DNA of 64,000 nt from an uncultured delta proteobacterium (GCA_963711565.1 CAVQEQ010000002.1:64001-128000), one strand, 5' to 3'. Numbered from the stretch's first letter, positions 49,839 to 60,831 are shown. Notes: generated from the sequence alone by a model not told the origin. Program-made: numbers and translations.

Positions 49839-49855
49839 TTGGCACGCGCGGTGCT
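49839..49855 (+). promoter_or_regulatory. sigma-54 -24/-12 promoter of the kdp operon
   Basis: TTGGCACGCGCGGTGCT (GG-N10-GC); the operon ends with a GAFTGA activator. Confidence 0.65.
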
Positions 49856-49898
49856 GTTAGTCCTGTCGGAAGAGACACGACGGAGGCTAGCGGCGCTC

Positions 49899-50252
49899 AT
49901 GAAACAGCTCGCAGAAACAAGATTTCCCCATCTGTTTGCGGTAACAGAACTCGACAAACTCCCCGGCCTCTTCAAGCCGCGCCGATACCTGTATCACTGC
50001 GCGCGCTGCAAGTGGTCGTTCGTCGTCAACGACGGCCGCCGCGGTGCCCTCAGGCCAATTGTCGAAGACGGCAAGACACTCACGCGCGAAGAAGTCGTCG
50101 CGCGCGCCGAAACCTTTGCGGCCGGGCCGTGCCCCGCGATGCGCGCCGTGGCGGAGGCGCATCTGCATGTAAACGGATCGCACGGACGTGCGCCCGCAAA
50201 CGTCGAGCGGTCGCGCCAGCCTGAAGTCCGTACGAATCAACTACAGCACTAA
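49899..50252 (+). CDS. hypothetical Cys-containing protein, first gene after the sigma-54 promoter
   Basis: YHCARCKWSF and GPCP motifs; GGAGG upstream. Confidence 0.55.
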   Translation: MKQLAETRFPHLFAVTELDKLPGLFKPRRYLYHCARCKWSFVVNDGRRGALRPIVEDGKTLTREEVVARAETFAAGPCPAMRAVAEAHLHVNGSHGRAPANVERSRQPEVRTNQLQH

Positions 50253-50275
50253 ACTTTACCAATCAGGACATTATC

Positions 50276-50359
50276 ATGTGGGATCTACTTTCAATTCTGA
50301 GCAGCATTGCCTTCTTCGCGATCGCAATCGAATACGTTCGGGGGTGTGACTACCTATGA
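50276..50359 (+). CDS. 27-aa membrane peptide upstream of kdpF
   Basis: MWDLLSILSSIAFFAIAIEYVRGCDYL*; RBS AGGA; ATGA overlap with kdpF. Confidence 0.7.
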   Translation: MWDLLSILSSIAFFAIAIEYVRGCDYL

Positions 50360-50448
50360 GTCCGGTTGAAACAGTACTTGGCGGAGTATGCGCCTTCCTG
50401 CTGGCGGTCTACTTGATATACGCATTGCTGCGCCCCGAACGCTTCTAA
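50356..50448 (+). CDS. kdpF: K+-transporting ATPase subunit F
   Basis: MSPVETVLGGVCAFLLAVYLIYALLRPERF*. Confidence 0.88.
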   Translation: MSPVETVLGGVCAFLLAVYLIYALLRPERF

Positions 50449-50471
50449 GTTACTAGTCGGTAAATAGCTAC

Positions 50472-52198
50472 ATGCTATCCAATTCGATTACTCAGCTCGC
50501 CGTCTATTTCATCCTGGTAACGGCGGTAAGCGTGCCGCTCGGCCTCTACATGGCGCGAGTGTTCTCGAATGAGCGCACCTTCCTCGATCCCGTGCTCTCG
50601 CCAATCGAGCGGCTGATCTACAGGATCTGCGGGATAAACCCCGGAGTCGAAATGGGCTGGGCTGGCTACGCGATATCGATGCTGGCGTTCAGCTTGATCT
50701 CGATGATCTTCCTGTACGCGCTGCAGCGGCTCCAGTATTACCTGCCGCTGAATCCGCAGGGGCTCGCCGGGGTGCCGCCGGGACTGGCGTTCAACACGGC
50801 AGCCAGCTTCACCACCAACACCAACTGGCAGGCCTACTCGGGCGAGCAGACGCTGAGCTACCTGACGCAGATGGTCGGGCTGACGTCGCACAATTTTCTG
50901 TCGGCGGCGGCCGGAATCGCGATGGCAGTGGCGGTGATTCGCGGGTTCGCGCGCCGCAGCTCCAAGACAATCGGCAACTTCTGGGTCGATCTCACGCGCA
51001 CGACGCTGTGGGTGCTGCTGCCGCTGTCACTCGTCTTCGCGCTCGTCCTCGTTTGGCAGGGCGTGCCGGACAACTTCAGCCCGTACGTAAATGCGACGAC
51101 GCTCGAGGGCACTTCGCAATCGATCGCCGAGGGCCCCGTCGCGTCCCAGGAAATAATCAAGGAGCTTGGCACCAACGGCGGCGGCTTCATGAACGCCAAC
51201 TCGGCGCATCCGTATGAGAATCCGACGCCGTTGACGAACTTGCTCGAGATGCTCGCGATCTTTTCGATCGGCGCGGGTCTGACGCACACCTTCGGCAAGA
51301 TGGTGGGCGATCGCAAACAGGGGTGGGCGCTGTTCTCGGTAATGGCGATTCTGTTTCTCGCCGCGCCGCGCCCGCAATCTGGGCAGAGCAACACGGCAAT
51401 CCGCAATTCACCAGGATGGGAATCGATCAGCATGCCTCCGCCACGCAAAGCGGCGGCAACATGGAGGGCAAGGAGACGCGTTTCGGAATCGTCGAGTCCG
51501 CGCTGTGGGCGACTGCCACCACCGACACCTCGTGCGGCGCCGTCAACTCGATGCACGACAGCTATACGCCGCTGGGCGGGTTGGTGCCGATGGTCAATAT
51601 GCAGCTCGGCGAGGTGATCTTCGGCGGCGTCGGCTCGGGCCTGTACGGAATCATCGTGATGGCGGTGCTCGCGGTGTTCATCGCGGGCCTGATGGTGGGG
51701 CGGACGCCCGAGTACCTCGGCAAAAAAATCGAAGCGAGAGAGATGAAACTTGCGATGCTCTACGTGCTGATCTTCCCGACGGTCATTCTGATACCGACCG
51801 CGCTCGCGACGGTCTTGCCCGCGGGCTTGTCGAGCATGTCGAATCCGGGACCGCACGGCTTCTCGCAAATTCTGTACGCATACACCGAAGCGGGCGCGAA
51901 CAACGGTTCAGCCTTCGCCGGTCTGAACGCCAACACCGCTTTCTACAACGTGACGATCGCGATCGTGATGCTGCTCGGCAGGTTCATGATGGCGATCCCC
52001 GCGTTGGCAATTGCCGGATCGGTCGCGGGCAAGAAATCGACCGCCGCCAGCGCCGGGACGTTCCCGACCGACGGCATCCCGTTCGTGTTCCTGCTGATTG
52101 GCGTGATCATAATCGTCGGCGCGCTGACCTTCTTTTGCGCCGACGCGCTCGGACCAATCGTCGAGCAACTGCTGATGATGTCCGGGAAACTTTTCTAG
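50472..52198 (+). CDS. kdpA: K+-transporting ATPase subunit A, apparent frameshift near 51363
   Basis: [33 protein letters not shown] split over two frames. Confidence 0.9.
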
Positions 52199-52214
52199 GT
52201 TTGGTGTCTCAACC

Positions 52215-54263
52215 ATGAGTGATCGCAAGGCTCCCGCACTTTGGAATCGCGAAATCGTCTCGCGCGCGTCGATCGACTCGTTCGTCAAGCTCGACCCGCG
52301 ACTGATGATCAAGAATCCGGTGATGTTCGTGGTCGAGGTCACCAGCGTACTGGTCATGTTCACGCTGTTTCGCGACCTGCTGGATCACAAGATGGCGCTG
52401 GCCGGATTCGAATTTCAAATCGCGCTGTGGCTGTGGTTCACCGTGCTGTTCGCAAACTTTGCTGAGGCGATGGCGGAAGGACGCGGCAAGGCGCAGGCGG
52501 ATAATCTGCGCAGGACGCGCACCGAAACTCAGGCGAAGTTGATCACCGCCAGCGGTGAGACGAAACTGGTGCCGGCCGCGCAACTGCGGCGCGACGACGT
52601 GGTCATGGTCGCCGCGGGCGACGTCATTCCCGGCGACGGCGAAATTATCGAGGGCATCGCGGCAGTCAACGAGGCCGCAATCACCGGCGAATCGGCGCCT
52701 GTCATTCGCGAGAGCGGCGGCGATCGCAGCGGCGTCACCGGCGGGACTACGGTGATCTCGGACTGGATCAAGGTGAAGATCACCGCCAACCCCGGCGAAA
52801 CCTTCCTCGATCGCATGATAGCGCTGGTCGAAGGCGCGCATCGCCAGAAAACGCCCAACGAGATCGCGCTCAGCATCCTGCTCTCCGGCTTGACGATCGT
52901 CTTCCTGCTCGTGGTGGTCACGCTCTACCCGTTCGGGCTGTATGGCGGGACGAAGCTCGCGCTGCCGGTGCTGGTGGCGCTGCTGGTATGCCTGATTCCG
53001 ACGACCATCGGCGGATTGCTCTCCGCGATTGGGATCGCCGGGATGGATCGCCTGGTGCAGCACAACGTGCTCGCGATGTCGGGGCGCTCGGTTGAGGCGG
53101 CCGGCGACGTCGATACGTTGCTGCTCGACAAGACCGGAACTATCACGCTCGGGAACCGGATGGCGGCGGAGTTCATCCCGGTGAATGGCGTCGAGATACG
53201 CGAACTCGCCGAGGCAGCACAGTTCGCATCGCTGGCGGACGAGACTCCCGAGGGTCGCTCGATCGTGGTGCTGGCCAAACGCGATTTCGACCTGCGGGCG
53301 CGCGAACTCGGCAGCGGCGACGATGGCGCTACCTTTATACCGTTCTCCGCGCAGACGAGGATGAGCGGCGTTGACATCGGCGGGCGTCGAATCCGCAAAG
53401 GGGCCGCTGAGCAGGTCGCAAATTTCGTCAGAGAAAATCACGGCACGCCGCCGACTGACCTGAAGGAAATCGTCGAGCGCATCGCGCGCAGCGGTGGAAC
53501 TCCGCTGGTCGTCGCGGACGAGTCGAAGGCGCTCGGCGTGATCTATCTGAAAGACGTGGTCAAGGAAGGAATCCACGAACGCTTCGAGCGCCTGCGCGCC
53601 ATGGGTTTGCGCACGGTCATGATTACCGGCGACAACCCGCTGACCGCGGCGGCGATCGCCAAGGAATCGGGCGTCAACGACTTCCTGGCCGAGGCCACGC
53701 CCGAAACCAAGCTGCGCCTGATTCGCGAGGAACAGAACCAGGGCAAGCTGGTCGCCATGATCGGCGACGGCACCAACGACGCACCCGCGCTGGCGCAGGC
53801 CGACGTCGGGATCGCGATGAACGCAGGCACGCAGGCCGCGCGCGAGGCTGGCAACATGATCGACCTCGACTCGAATCCGACCAAGGTCATGGAGGTCGTC
53901 GAGATAGGCAAACAGCTTCTGATGACGCGCGGCGCGCTGACGACGTTCTCGATTGCCAACGACGTCGCCAAGTATTTCGCGATCATCCCGGCGCTGTTCA
54001 TCGTCGAGTACCCCGAGCTGCAGCGACTCAACGTGATGCACCTGGCGACGCCGCAGAGCGCGATTCTGTCGGCGGTAATCTTCAACGCGCTGATCATTAT
54101 TGCGCTGATTCCGCTGGCGCTGCGCGGCGTGCAGTACCGTCCGGTGGGCGCGGCCGCGATTCTGACCCGTAATCTTATAATCTACGGCTTCGGCGGCGTG
54201 ATAATTCCGTTCATCGGCATCAAGGCCATCGACATCATGGTCGCCGCGCTGCATCTCGCCTGA
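52215..54263 (+). CDS. kdpB: K+-transporting ATPase subunit B
   Basis: TGES, DKTGT, TGDN, GDGTND. Confidence 0.95.
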   Translation: MSDRKAPALWNREIVSRASIDSFVKLDPRLMIKNPVMFVVEVTSVLVMFTLFRDLLDHKMALAGFEFQIALWLWFTVLFANFAEAMAEGRGKAQADNLRRTRTETQAKLITASGETKLVPAAQLRRDDVVMVAAGDVIPGDGEIIEGIAAVNEAAITGESAPVIRESGGDRSGVTGGTTVISDWIKVKITANPGETFLDRMIALVEGAHRQKTPNEIALSILLSGLTIVFLLVVVTLYPFGLYGGTKLALPVLVALLVCLIPTTIGGLLSAIGIAGMDRLVQHNVLAMSGRSVEAAGDVDTLLLDKTGTITLGNRMAAEFIPVNGVEIRELAEAAQFASLADETPEGRSIVVLAKRDFDLRARELGSGDDGATFIPFSAQTRMSGVDIGGRRIRKGAAEQVANFVRENHGTPPTDLKEIVERIARSGGTPLVVADESKALGVIYLKDVVKEGIHERFERLRAMGLRTVMITGDNPLTAAAIAKESGVNDFLAEATPETKLRLIREEQNQGKLVAMIGDGTNDAPALAQADVGIAMNAGTQAAREAGNMIDLDSNPTKVMEVVEIGKQLLMTRGALTTFSIANDVAKYFAIIPALFIVEYPELQRLNVMHLATPQSAILSAVIFNALIIIALIPLALRGVQYRPVGAAAILTRNLIIYGFGGVIIPFIGIKAIDIMVAALHLA

Positions 54264-54273
54264 GGTTATTTCA

Positions 54274-54897
54274 GTGAAGACGTTTACAACTGCTCTGATT
54301 GCGACGGCGGTGCTCACCGTGCTGACGGGCATCATTTATCCGATTGCGGTCTGGGGCATCGCGCAGGTGATTTTTCCAAGCCAGGCCGGCGGCAGCATTG
54401 TCGTGGCGGGCAACAAGGTCGTCGGCTCGAGTCTCATCGGGCAGAATTTTTCGACGCCGCGATATTTTCAGAGCCGGCCTTCCGCCGCCGGTGACAAGGG
54501 CTATGCGGCCGACAACTCGGGCGGATCGAATCTCGGCCCGACCAACAAGGCGCTGATCGACGCGGTAAAATTGCGGCTGAAGAACATCATCGAGAGCAAT
54601 CCCGGCATCGACCCGCACCAGGTCCCAATTGACCTGGTGACTGCTTCAGGCAGCGGGCTCGATCCCGAGATCAGCCCGGCCGCCGCCGACCTGCAGGTGG
54701 CGCGTGTTGCTCATGCGCGCGGTCTGAGCGAAGATCAGGTGCGGCAGTTGATCGCTGGAAACACGCGGCCGCGATCGGCTGGAATCTTCGGCGAGCCGGG
54801 CGTAAACGTCCTGCTGCTGAACCTGGCCCTCGATCGCGCCGCGGAAAGTCACAATGCTCGCGCCGCTGGAAGTCATGGCGGAACGCCCGGGACTTGA
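54274..54897 (+). CDS. kdpC: K+-transporting ATPase subunit C
   Basis: LIGQNF, YFQSRPS, TASGSGLDPEIS, VNVLLLN. Confidence 0.93.
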   Translation: MKTFTTALIATAVLTVLTGIIYPIAVWGIAQVIFPSQAGGSIVVAGNKVVGSSLIGQNFSTPRYFQSRPSAAGDKGYAADNSGGSNLGPTNKALIDAVKLRLKNIIESNPGIDPHQVPIDLVTASGSGLDPEISPAAADLQVARVAHARGLSEDQVRQLIAGNTRPRSAGIFGEPGVNVLLLNLALDRAAESHNARAAGSHGGTPGT

Positions 54898-56058
54898 ATG
54901 AGCGATGACAAACGACTCGAGCCCGAAGCTTTTCTCGATCTTGCGCCGGAACCTCAACGGGGACGACTCAAAGTTTATATCGGCGCCGCCGCGGGCGTAG
55001 GCAAGACATACCGGATGCTCGAGGAGGCGCATCAACTCCGCGATCGGGGAGTGGATGTCGTGCTGGGTTTCGTCGAAACGCATCATCGCCGGGAGACCGA
55101 GGAACGGATCGGCGACCTCGAGCTCGTTCCGCGCCGCAAGATCAAATACCGCAACGTCGAGCTCGAAGAGATGGACGTCGACGCGATCATCGCGCGCAAG
55201 CCTGACGCGGTGATCGTCGACGAACTCGCGCATACCAACGCACCCGGCTCGCGCCATACCAAGCGCTACCAGGATGTCGAGGAGATCGTCGGCACCGGCA
55301 TCAACGTGATTACCGCGATCAACATCCAGCACGTCGAGAGCCTGAACGCGTTGATGAGACGCGTCACCGGCATCGACGTGCGCGAGACGGTGCCCGATTC
55401 GTTGCTTGCCCGCGCCGATCAAATCGTGAATATCGACGTGCCGGTCGAGGCGCTGCGCGAACGCCTGCGCGAGGGCAAGATTTATCCGCGCGAGCAGATC
55501 GAAAACGCGCTCAAGAATTTTTTCAAGCCGAGCAATCTAGCGTCGCTGCGTGAGCTGGCACTGCGCGAGGTCGCGCGCAGTCTTGACCGCCAGCGCCTGG
55601 ACCGCGAGTCGATCAAGCGCGAGGGCGGCCACCGCGCGAACGTGATCGAGCGCATCATGGTCGGACTGTCGTCGAACGCAGCGGACACCGGACAGTTGCT
55701 GCGCAAGGCCTCGCGCATCGCCGGGCAGCTCAACGCCGAATGGTTCGCCGTGCACATCGAGACGCCCAACGAATCGGTGAAGAATATCGGCACCAGCGAT
55801 TTCGTCGCGCTGCTCGACAACATCAACGTGGCCAGCGACCTTGGCGCCGAAACCGTGTGGCTCAAGTCCGACGACGTGGTCAAGGCGCTGATCGACTTTG
55901 CGCATGACAAGGGCGTGTCGAAGGTAATCGTCGGCCGGACGCATCAACCGCGATGGCGCCGGTGGCTCAAGGGCGACGTGCCGGCGCGGCTGGTGGCGGA
56001 CGCAACCGATCTCGATGTGGAAATTGTCGCGACCGACGAACGGGAGGACTCGCGATGA
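54898..56058 (+). CDS. kdpD: stand-alone KdpD N-terminal domain plus USP domain
   Basis: GAAAGVGKT, DELAHTN, KRYQDV, LRELALR; no TM or kinase domain. Confidence 0.88.
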   Translation: MSDDKRLEPEAFLDLAPEPQRGRLKVYIGAAAGVGKTYRMLEEAHQLRDRGVDVVLGFVETHHRRETEERIGDLELVPRRKIKYRNVELEEMDVDAIIARKPDAVIVDELAHTNAPGSRHTKRYQDVEEIVGTGINVITAINIQHVESLNALMRRVTGIDVRETVPDSLLARADQIVNIDVPVEALRERLREGKIYPREQIENALKNFFKPSNLASLRELALREVARSLDRQRLDRESIKREGGHRANVIERIMVGLSSNAADTGQLLRKASRIAGQLNAEWFAVHIETPNESVKNIGTSDFVALLDNINVASDLGAETVWLKSDDVVKALIDFAHDKGVSKVIVGRTHQPRWRRWLKGDVPARLVADATDLDVEIVATDEREDSR

Positions 56059-57845
56059 ACGCACCCTCGATGCAACGCCAGATCCGCAACGGCACCCTGC
56101 TGATGCTGGCGTTGGTCGTGCTGCTCGGGCTCTACACGCTGCCGCGGGTTTACGCGCTGGGCGGCGCGATCCGCGCGACCCTCTACCGCAACTACGTCAG
56201 TATCGAGGCCGCGCAGAACATGCACGCGGCGCTCAACACGCTGCAGGTGGCCGAGCACGACGGCAAAGCGAAGGATGTTCTGCCCGGCGCGCGGCATAAT
56301 TTTCTGCAGTGGAACAACGTCGAGAATCACGACTTCACTGAAGTTGGCGAGCCTGAACTCGCCGCCGATATCACTCGCCGCGCCGACAAATTGTTCGCCA
56401 ACGTCGCCGCGGCGCCGCCCGGCACGTATCATGATCGCGAATTTGCCGAGTTACATGGCCGCCTCGACGACCTGATCGCGATGAACAAGGCCGCGATGTT
56501 CCGCGCGGACAGCCGCTCGGTACAACTGGGCAGGCATCTAGCCTACGAATTCGCCGGCGGTCTCGCGCTGGTGCTGCTGGTGGGCGCCGCCGTGTCGTGG
56601 GGGCTAGGATGGCGGCTCTCAAAGCCATTGATCGAGCTCACCGAGCGCCTGCGCGGAATCAGCCAGCGCAAATCGCAGGTGCGATTAGGCCCGCAGCCGC
56701 TGGCCGAGCTCGAGGCGGTTGCGCGCGAATTCAACCAGATGGCCGAGCGCCTGGAGCAGTACGACAAGCTCAACGTCGAGCGCCTGGTTTACGAAAAGAG
56801 CAAGACCGAGGCGATCATCGAGAGCCTCGAAGACGGCGTGGTGCTGATCGACAGCGATGGAATCGTCGCGCACATCAATGAGATCGCGTCGCTGATCCTC
56901 GGTGTCGATCTGCAGGACGCGCTCGGCAGTCCGTTCGACGACCTCAGCAGCAACCATCCTCACTATCTCCGCGTTCGCGACGCGCTGCGCACGCTGCAGA
57001 AGGCCGGCGCTGACGGTCATCGCACCGAGATCGATCTTCACGTTCGCGGCCGCGATCATTCCTACGTACTGAAGCCCGTGCCGCTTCATCACACCGTCGG
57101 CAAGTCGCTGGGCACGCTGCTGATTCTGCAGGACGTGACGTACATCCGCGATCAGGATCGCGCCCGCACCAACCTGGTCGCGACGTTGTCGCACGAGCTC
57201 AGGACCCCGCTCACCTCGCTTGCGTTGTCAGCGGAGCTGCTGAACCGCGAGAATACGCCCGACGTGAATGCGAAGAGCGGCGAACTGCTGCAGGTGATCC
57301 TCGAAGAATGCTCGCGGATGCGCCAACTGACCGACAATCTGCTCAACCTCGCGCGCGGCGAGATCCCCGCGATCACAGTCCAGCAGAAGCGTCTCGATCT
57401 CGCGCGGCTCGCTGCCGACGTGACCCGGCGCTTCGCGATCCAGGCGCGCGAGAAGCACGTCAACATCGAAGAGCATATCGGCTCGGTGCCGGAGATTATC
57501 GGCGACCCGGTCAAGCTCTCGTGGGTGATTTCCAATCTGCTCGGCAACGCGCTGCGCTACACTCCCGCCGGCGGGATGATCACGGTCACGGCGCGCGCCA
57601 CCGAGCAGGCGACGCGGCTGGAGGTCACCGACTCGGGCCCCGGGATTCCAGCCGACATGAAGGACTATATCTTCGAGCGGTTCGTGCAGTATGGTTCCGA
57701 CGGCTTCGAGAAAGGCTCGGCTGGGCTGGGCCTGTCGATCGTCAAGGAAATCGTCGAGGCGCACGGCGGCAGGATTTTCGTCGAGAACGCTAATTCTCAC
57801 GGCGCCCGATTCATCGTCGAAATTCCCGCCGCGCAGGAGATTTGA
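56055..57845 (+). CDS. sensor histidine kinase (2TM, HAMP, PAS; KinB-like)
   Basis: SHELRTPL, NLLGNA, DSGPGI, GLGL. Confidence 0.9.
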   Translation: MNAPSMQRQIRNGTLLMLALVVLLGLYTLPRVYALGGAIRATLYRNYVSIEAAQNMHAALNTLQVAEHDGKAKDVLPGARHNFLQWNNVENHDFTEVGEPELAADITRRADKLFANVAAAPPGTYHDREFAELHGRLDDLIAMNKAAMFRADSRSVQLGRHLAYEFAGGLALVLLVGAAVSWGLGWRLSKPLIELTERLRGISQRKSQVRLGPQPLAELEAVAREFNQMAERLEQYDKLNVERLVYEKSKTEAIIESLEDGVVLIDSDGIVAHINEIASLILGVDLQDALGSPFDDLSSNHPHYLRVRDALRTLQKAGADGHRTEIDLHVRGRDHSYVLKPVPLHHTVGKSLGTLLILQDVTYIRDQDRARTNLVATLSHELRTPLTSLALSAELLNRENTPDVNAKSGELLQVILEECSRMRQLTDNLLNLARGEIPAITVQQKRLDLARLAADVTRRFAIQAREKHVNIEEHIGSVPEIIGDPVKLSWVISNLLGNALRYTPAGGMITVTARATEQATRLEVTDSGPGIPADMKDYIFERFVQYGSDGFEKGSAGLGLSIVKEIVEAHGGRIFVENANSHGARFIVEIPAAQEI

Positions 57846-59176
57846 TGGCCAAGCTGCTCATTGTCGATGACGAGCGCAATATCCGGCGCAGCCTCACCAC
57901 GTTTTTCGAGTCGCTCGGCCACGAGGTCCGCGCCGCCGAGAACGGCACGCAGGCCGTCGCGCTCCTTGCCGAAACGGTGTTCGACCTCATCCTGACCGAC
58001 TACAAGATGGCCGAGATGAGCGGGCTCGAACTGCTGCGCGAAATCAAGCGGCGTGCGCCCGAATGCCTCGTAATCCTGATGACCGCGTACGCGACCGTCG
58101 AAAATGCGGTCGAGGCGATGAAGTCCGGCGCTTACGACTACGTCACCAAGCCGTTCTCGCTCGAGCAGATTCAGCACACCGTCGATCGCGCGCTACACGT
58201 CGGTCTGCTGACGGCGGAGAATCGCGCGTTGCGCATCGCCATCGACGAGGAGCCGCTACTCGACTCGAAGAGCCCCGCGATGCAACGGCTGCTCGAAACC
58301 GCGCGCCAGGCCGCCGCCAGCGACGCAACTATTTTGCTCACGGGAGAGAGCGGAACCGGCAAGAACGTCATCGCGCGGCAGATTCATCGATGGAGCCGCC
58401 GGCAGAGCAAGCCGTTCGTCGTCGTCAATTGCACCACGCTGTCGGAGGAACTGCTCGAGAGCGAGTTGTTCGGGCACATGCGCGGCGCCTTCACCGGCGC
58501 GGTCAAGGACAAGCCGGGCCGGCTCGAGGCGGCCAACGGCGGCACCGTTTTCCTCGACGAGATTGCCGACTTGACGCCGACTCTCCAGACCAAGTTTCTG
58601 CGCTTCCTGCAGGATCAGAACTTCGAGCGCGTCGGCGGCGAGCGTACGATTCACGTCAACGCGCGAATAATCGCCGCGTCGAATCGCGACCTCGAGTCCG
58701 AAGTCACCGCGCATCACTTTCGCGAGGACCTCTACTACCGCCTCAACGTCATCACCCTGCGCGTCCCGCCCCTGCGCGAACGCCGCGAAGACATTCTGCC
58801 GCTCGCAAATTGGCTGCTGAACATCGCCGCCATCCGCAACTCGCACCCCGGCCTCGCGCTGTCACCCGGAGCAACGTCGGCACTGGCGCGCTATCGATGG
58901 CCCGGAAACGTGCGCGAACTTCGCAACGCGATCGAACGCGGCACCGTGCTGATGCGCGGCGCGACCATCGCTCCCGAGGACCTGCCTGACTCTCTTTTCC
59001 ATGACTCAACCGAGGCGCTGGCCGGCATCCCCAACGCCGCCAGCCTCGATGACGTCGAGCGCGAGCACATCGCGCGTGTGCTCGCCGCCAGCGCCACGCT
59101 GGAGGAAGCCGCCGAAACCCTCGGCATCAACGTGACAACCCTATGGCGCAAGCGCCGCCGCTACGGAATCGAATAG
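57845..59176 (+). CDS. sigma-54 dependent response regulator (NtrC/AlgB-like)
   Basis: REC domain, GESGTGK, GAFTGA, WPGNVREL, Fis-type HTH. Confidence 0.92.
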   Translation: MAKLLIVDDERNIRRSLTTFFESLGHEVRAAENGTQAVALLAETVFDLILTDYKMAEMSGLELLREIKRRAPECLVILMTAYATVENAVEAMKSGAYDYVTKPFSLEQIQHTVDRALHVGLLTAENRALRIAIDEEPLLDSKSPAMQRLLETARQAAASDATILLTGESGTGKNVIARQIHRWSRRQSKPFVVVNCTTLSEELLESELFGHMRGAFTGAVKDKPGRLEAANGGTVFLDEIADLTPTLQTKFLRFLQDQNFERVGGERTIHVNARIIAASNRDLESEVTAHHFREDLYYRLNVITLRVPPLRERREDILPLANWLLNIAAIRNSHPGLALSPGATSALARYRWPGNVRELRNAIERGTVLMRGATIAPEDLPDSLFHDSTEALAGIPNAASLDDVEREHIARVLAASATLEEAAETLGINVTTLWRKRRRYGIE

Positions 59177-59242
59177 CCACTCCAATAGCCACTTGCAAGA
59201 AACTCAAATAGTTAGTCCAATAGCAAGTCGCGGACAGATTCC

Positions 59243-59309
59243 TACCTCGCCCGTTACTTTACGGGAGAGGCGGCCGGCCGCAACGCGGCCGGCGGTGAGG
59301 GTTCCGCGA
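59243..59309 (+). repeat. REP-like family C copy 3
   Basis: CCTCGCCCGTTACTTTACGGGAGAGG..GGTGAGGGTTCCGCG. Confidence 0.75.
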
Positions 59310-59344
59310 TTCGAGCAGAATCCCGAACCGATCGAGGCGTCTTA

Positions 59345-59863
59345 TCAATCCAACCCCTCAGCAAACTCCCTCAACCTCTCGAACCAAATCAACTTGTGCT
59401 TGAATCCCGGATAGCTCGCATTCAATCCGCTGGGATTCGGCAACACGAAGATCCGCGCACCAAAGATCTCCTCTTCCTTGGCGCCGGCACCCTCTCCCGC
59501 TACCACTCCGAAAAATCGGCGGTAGATACTCACGCCGACGAACGCGACCACCCGCGGCCGCACTCGCCGAATCTTGCGCGCGAGCACTTTCTGCCCCGCG
59601 ATCATCTCGGCTGTGCTCAGCTCCGACGCCGCCCGCGTCGCCCGTGAGCACAAATTGGTCAACGCCAAATCAAACTCCACCAGCCGTCCGTCGTCTTCGC
59701 ACTTGAGTTCCACCGGCACCAGGCGCGCCGCATGGAGCAGCCGCCAGAACGGATTGCCGGGACTCGCAAAATGATGCCCCATCTGCTCGGAGCGAATACT
59801 CGGATTGATCCCGACGAACAAAATCCGCGGCCGCGGTTTGAGGATGTCGCGTAGCTTTGCCAT
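59345..59863 (-). CDS. mug: mismatch-specific uracil DNA glycosylase
   Basis: GINPS, HHFASPGNPFW, LPNPSGLN. Confidence 0.88.
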   Translation of the reverse strand: MAKLRDILKPRPRILFVGINPSIRSEQMGHHFASPGNPFWRLLHAARLVPVELKCEDDGRLVEFDLALTNLCSRATRAASELSTAEMIAGQKVLARKIRRVRPRVVAFVGVSIYRRFFGVVAGEGAGAKEEEIFGARIFVLPNPSGLNASYPGFKHKLIWFERLREFAEGLD

Positions 59864-59956
59864 CCGCCGCATATTGGCATCTTCGCCATATTCGCGCTTG
59901 ACCCGTCGCGCCCGCTGCCGTAGCAAAGTGGAAGGATCTCAGGAGTACTTCCCGCC

Positions 59957-60814
59957 ATGACGACACCAAGCACAGAAAGCACAGCCGCTCTCGGCCCCGA
60001 TTACGTAACCGGCGTCCTCAACTATCTCGCCGACCGAGATCAGCATCCGGTAAGCTACAACTTCAAACCGCCTCCGGGCGTCCCTGCGCGGACGGGAACC
60101 TACGCCAAATTCACCGTGCCGATTCACAGCGCCCGCGCGATCCTTGGGCAGCTCTCGCTCAACGTCCAGGGCTTTGCAGTGACGCGTCAGAACACCGCGG
60201 TCGAAAATTTCTACGACGCCGACGAAGTTCACCGGATCTACTATCCCGAGGTCGAGCGGATGGTCCGGGAATTTACTGGCGCGGTCAAAGTGCACGTGTT
60301 CGACCATAACGTCCGCTCCCGCCCGATGGCGAAGCGCCGCGAGAATGGCGCGCAGGAGCCGGTCAAGGTCGCGCACAATGACTACACGCTCAAGTCCGGA
60401 CCGCAGCGCGTGCGCGATCTGATGGGGAACGAAGCCGAGGCGCTGCTCAAGAATCGTTTCGCGGTAATCAACGTATGGCGCCCGATTCGCGGACCGGTGC
60501 AGGAATCTCCGCTCGCGGTGTGCGACGCGCGAAGCATGGTGCAGGACGACTTCGTCAAGCACGTGCTCAAGTACCGCGATCGCGACGGCGAAGTGTACTC
60601 AGTCGCGTACAACCCGAATCATCGATGGTACTACGTTCCGAATCAGGAAAAGGAAGAAGTACTATTGCTCAAGTGCTACGACTCTGACGGACGCCGCGCG
60701 CGATTCACCGCGCACTCCGCCTTCGAGGATCCCACGAGCCCGCCCGACGCGGCGCCGCGTGAAAGCGTCGAGGTGCGGACTCTGGTCTTCTTCGCGCCCG
60801 ACGCCACAGCCTGA
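59957..60814 (+). CDS. CmcJ/NvfI family oxidoreductase
   Basis: VFDHNVR, AHNDYT, INVWRPI, PLAVCD, RESVEVR. Confidence 0.85.
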   Translation: MTTPSTESTAALGPDYVTGVLNYLADRDQHPVSYNFKPPPGVPARTGTYAKFTVPIHSARAILGQLSLNVQGFAVTRQNTAVENFYDADEVHRIYYPEVERMVREFTGAVKVHVFDHNVRSRPMAKRRENGAQEPVKVAHNDYTLKSGPQRVRDLMGNEAEALLKNRFAVINVWRPIRGPVQESPLAVCDARSMVQDDFVKHVLKYRDRDGEVYSVAYNPNHRWYYVPNQEKEEVLLLKCYDSDGRRARFTAHSAFEDPTSPPDAAPRESVEVRTLVFFAPDATA

Positions 60815-60831
60815 CAACGAAAGGACCCATC

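Noticed and set aside
52209-54335. Long antisense ORFs (opposite kdpB, etfBA, acyl-CoA dehydrogenase, LLM, ABC-F)
   Set aside because: Shadow ORFs expected from high-GC codon bias; no motifs of their own.
59173-59226. Short AATAGCCACT tandem repeat after the response regulator stop
   Set aside because: Only two 10-nt copies; probably local slippage.
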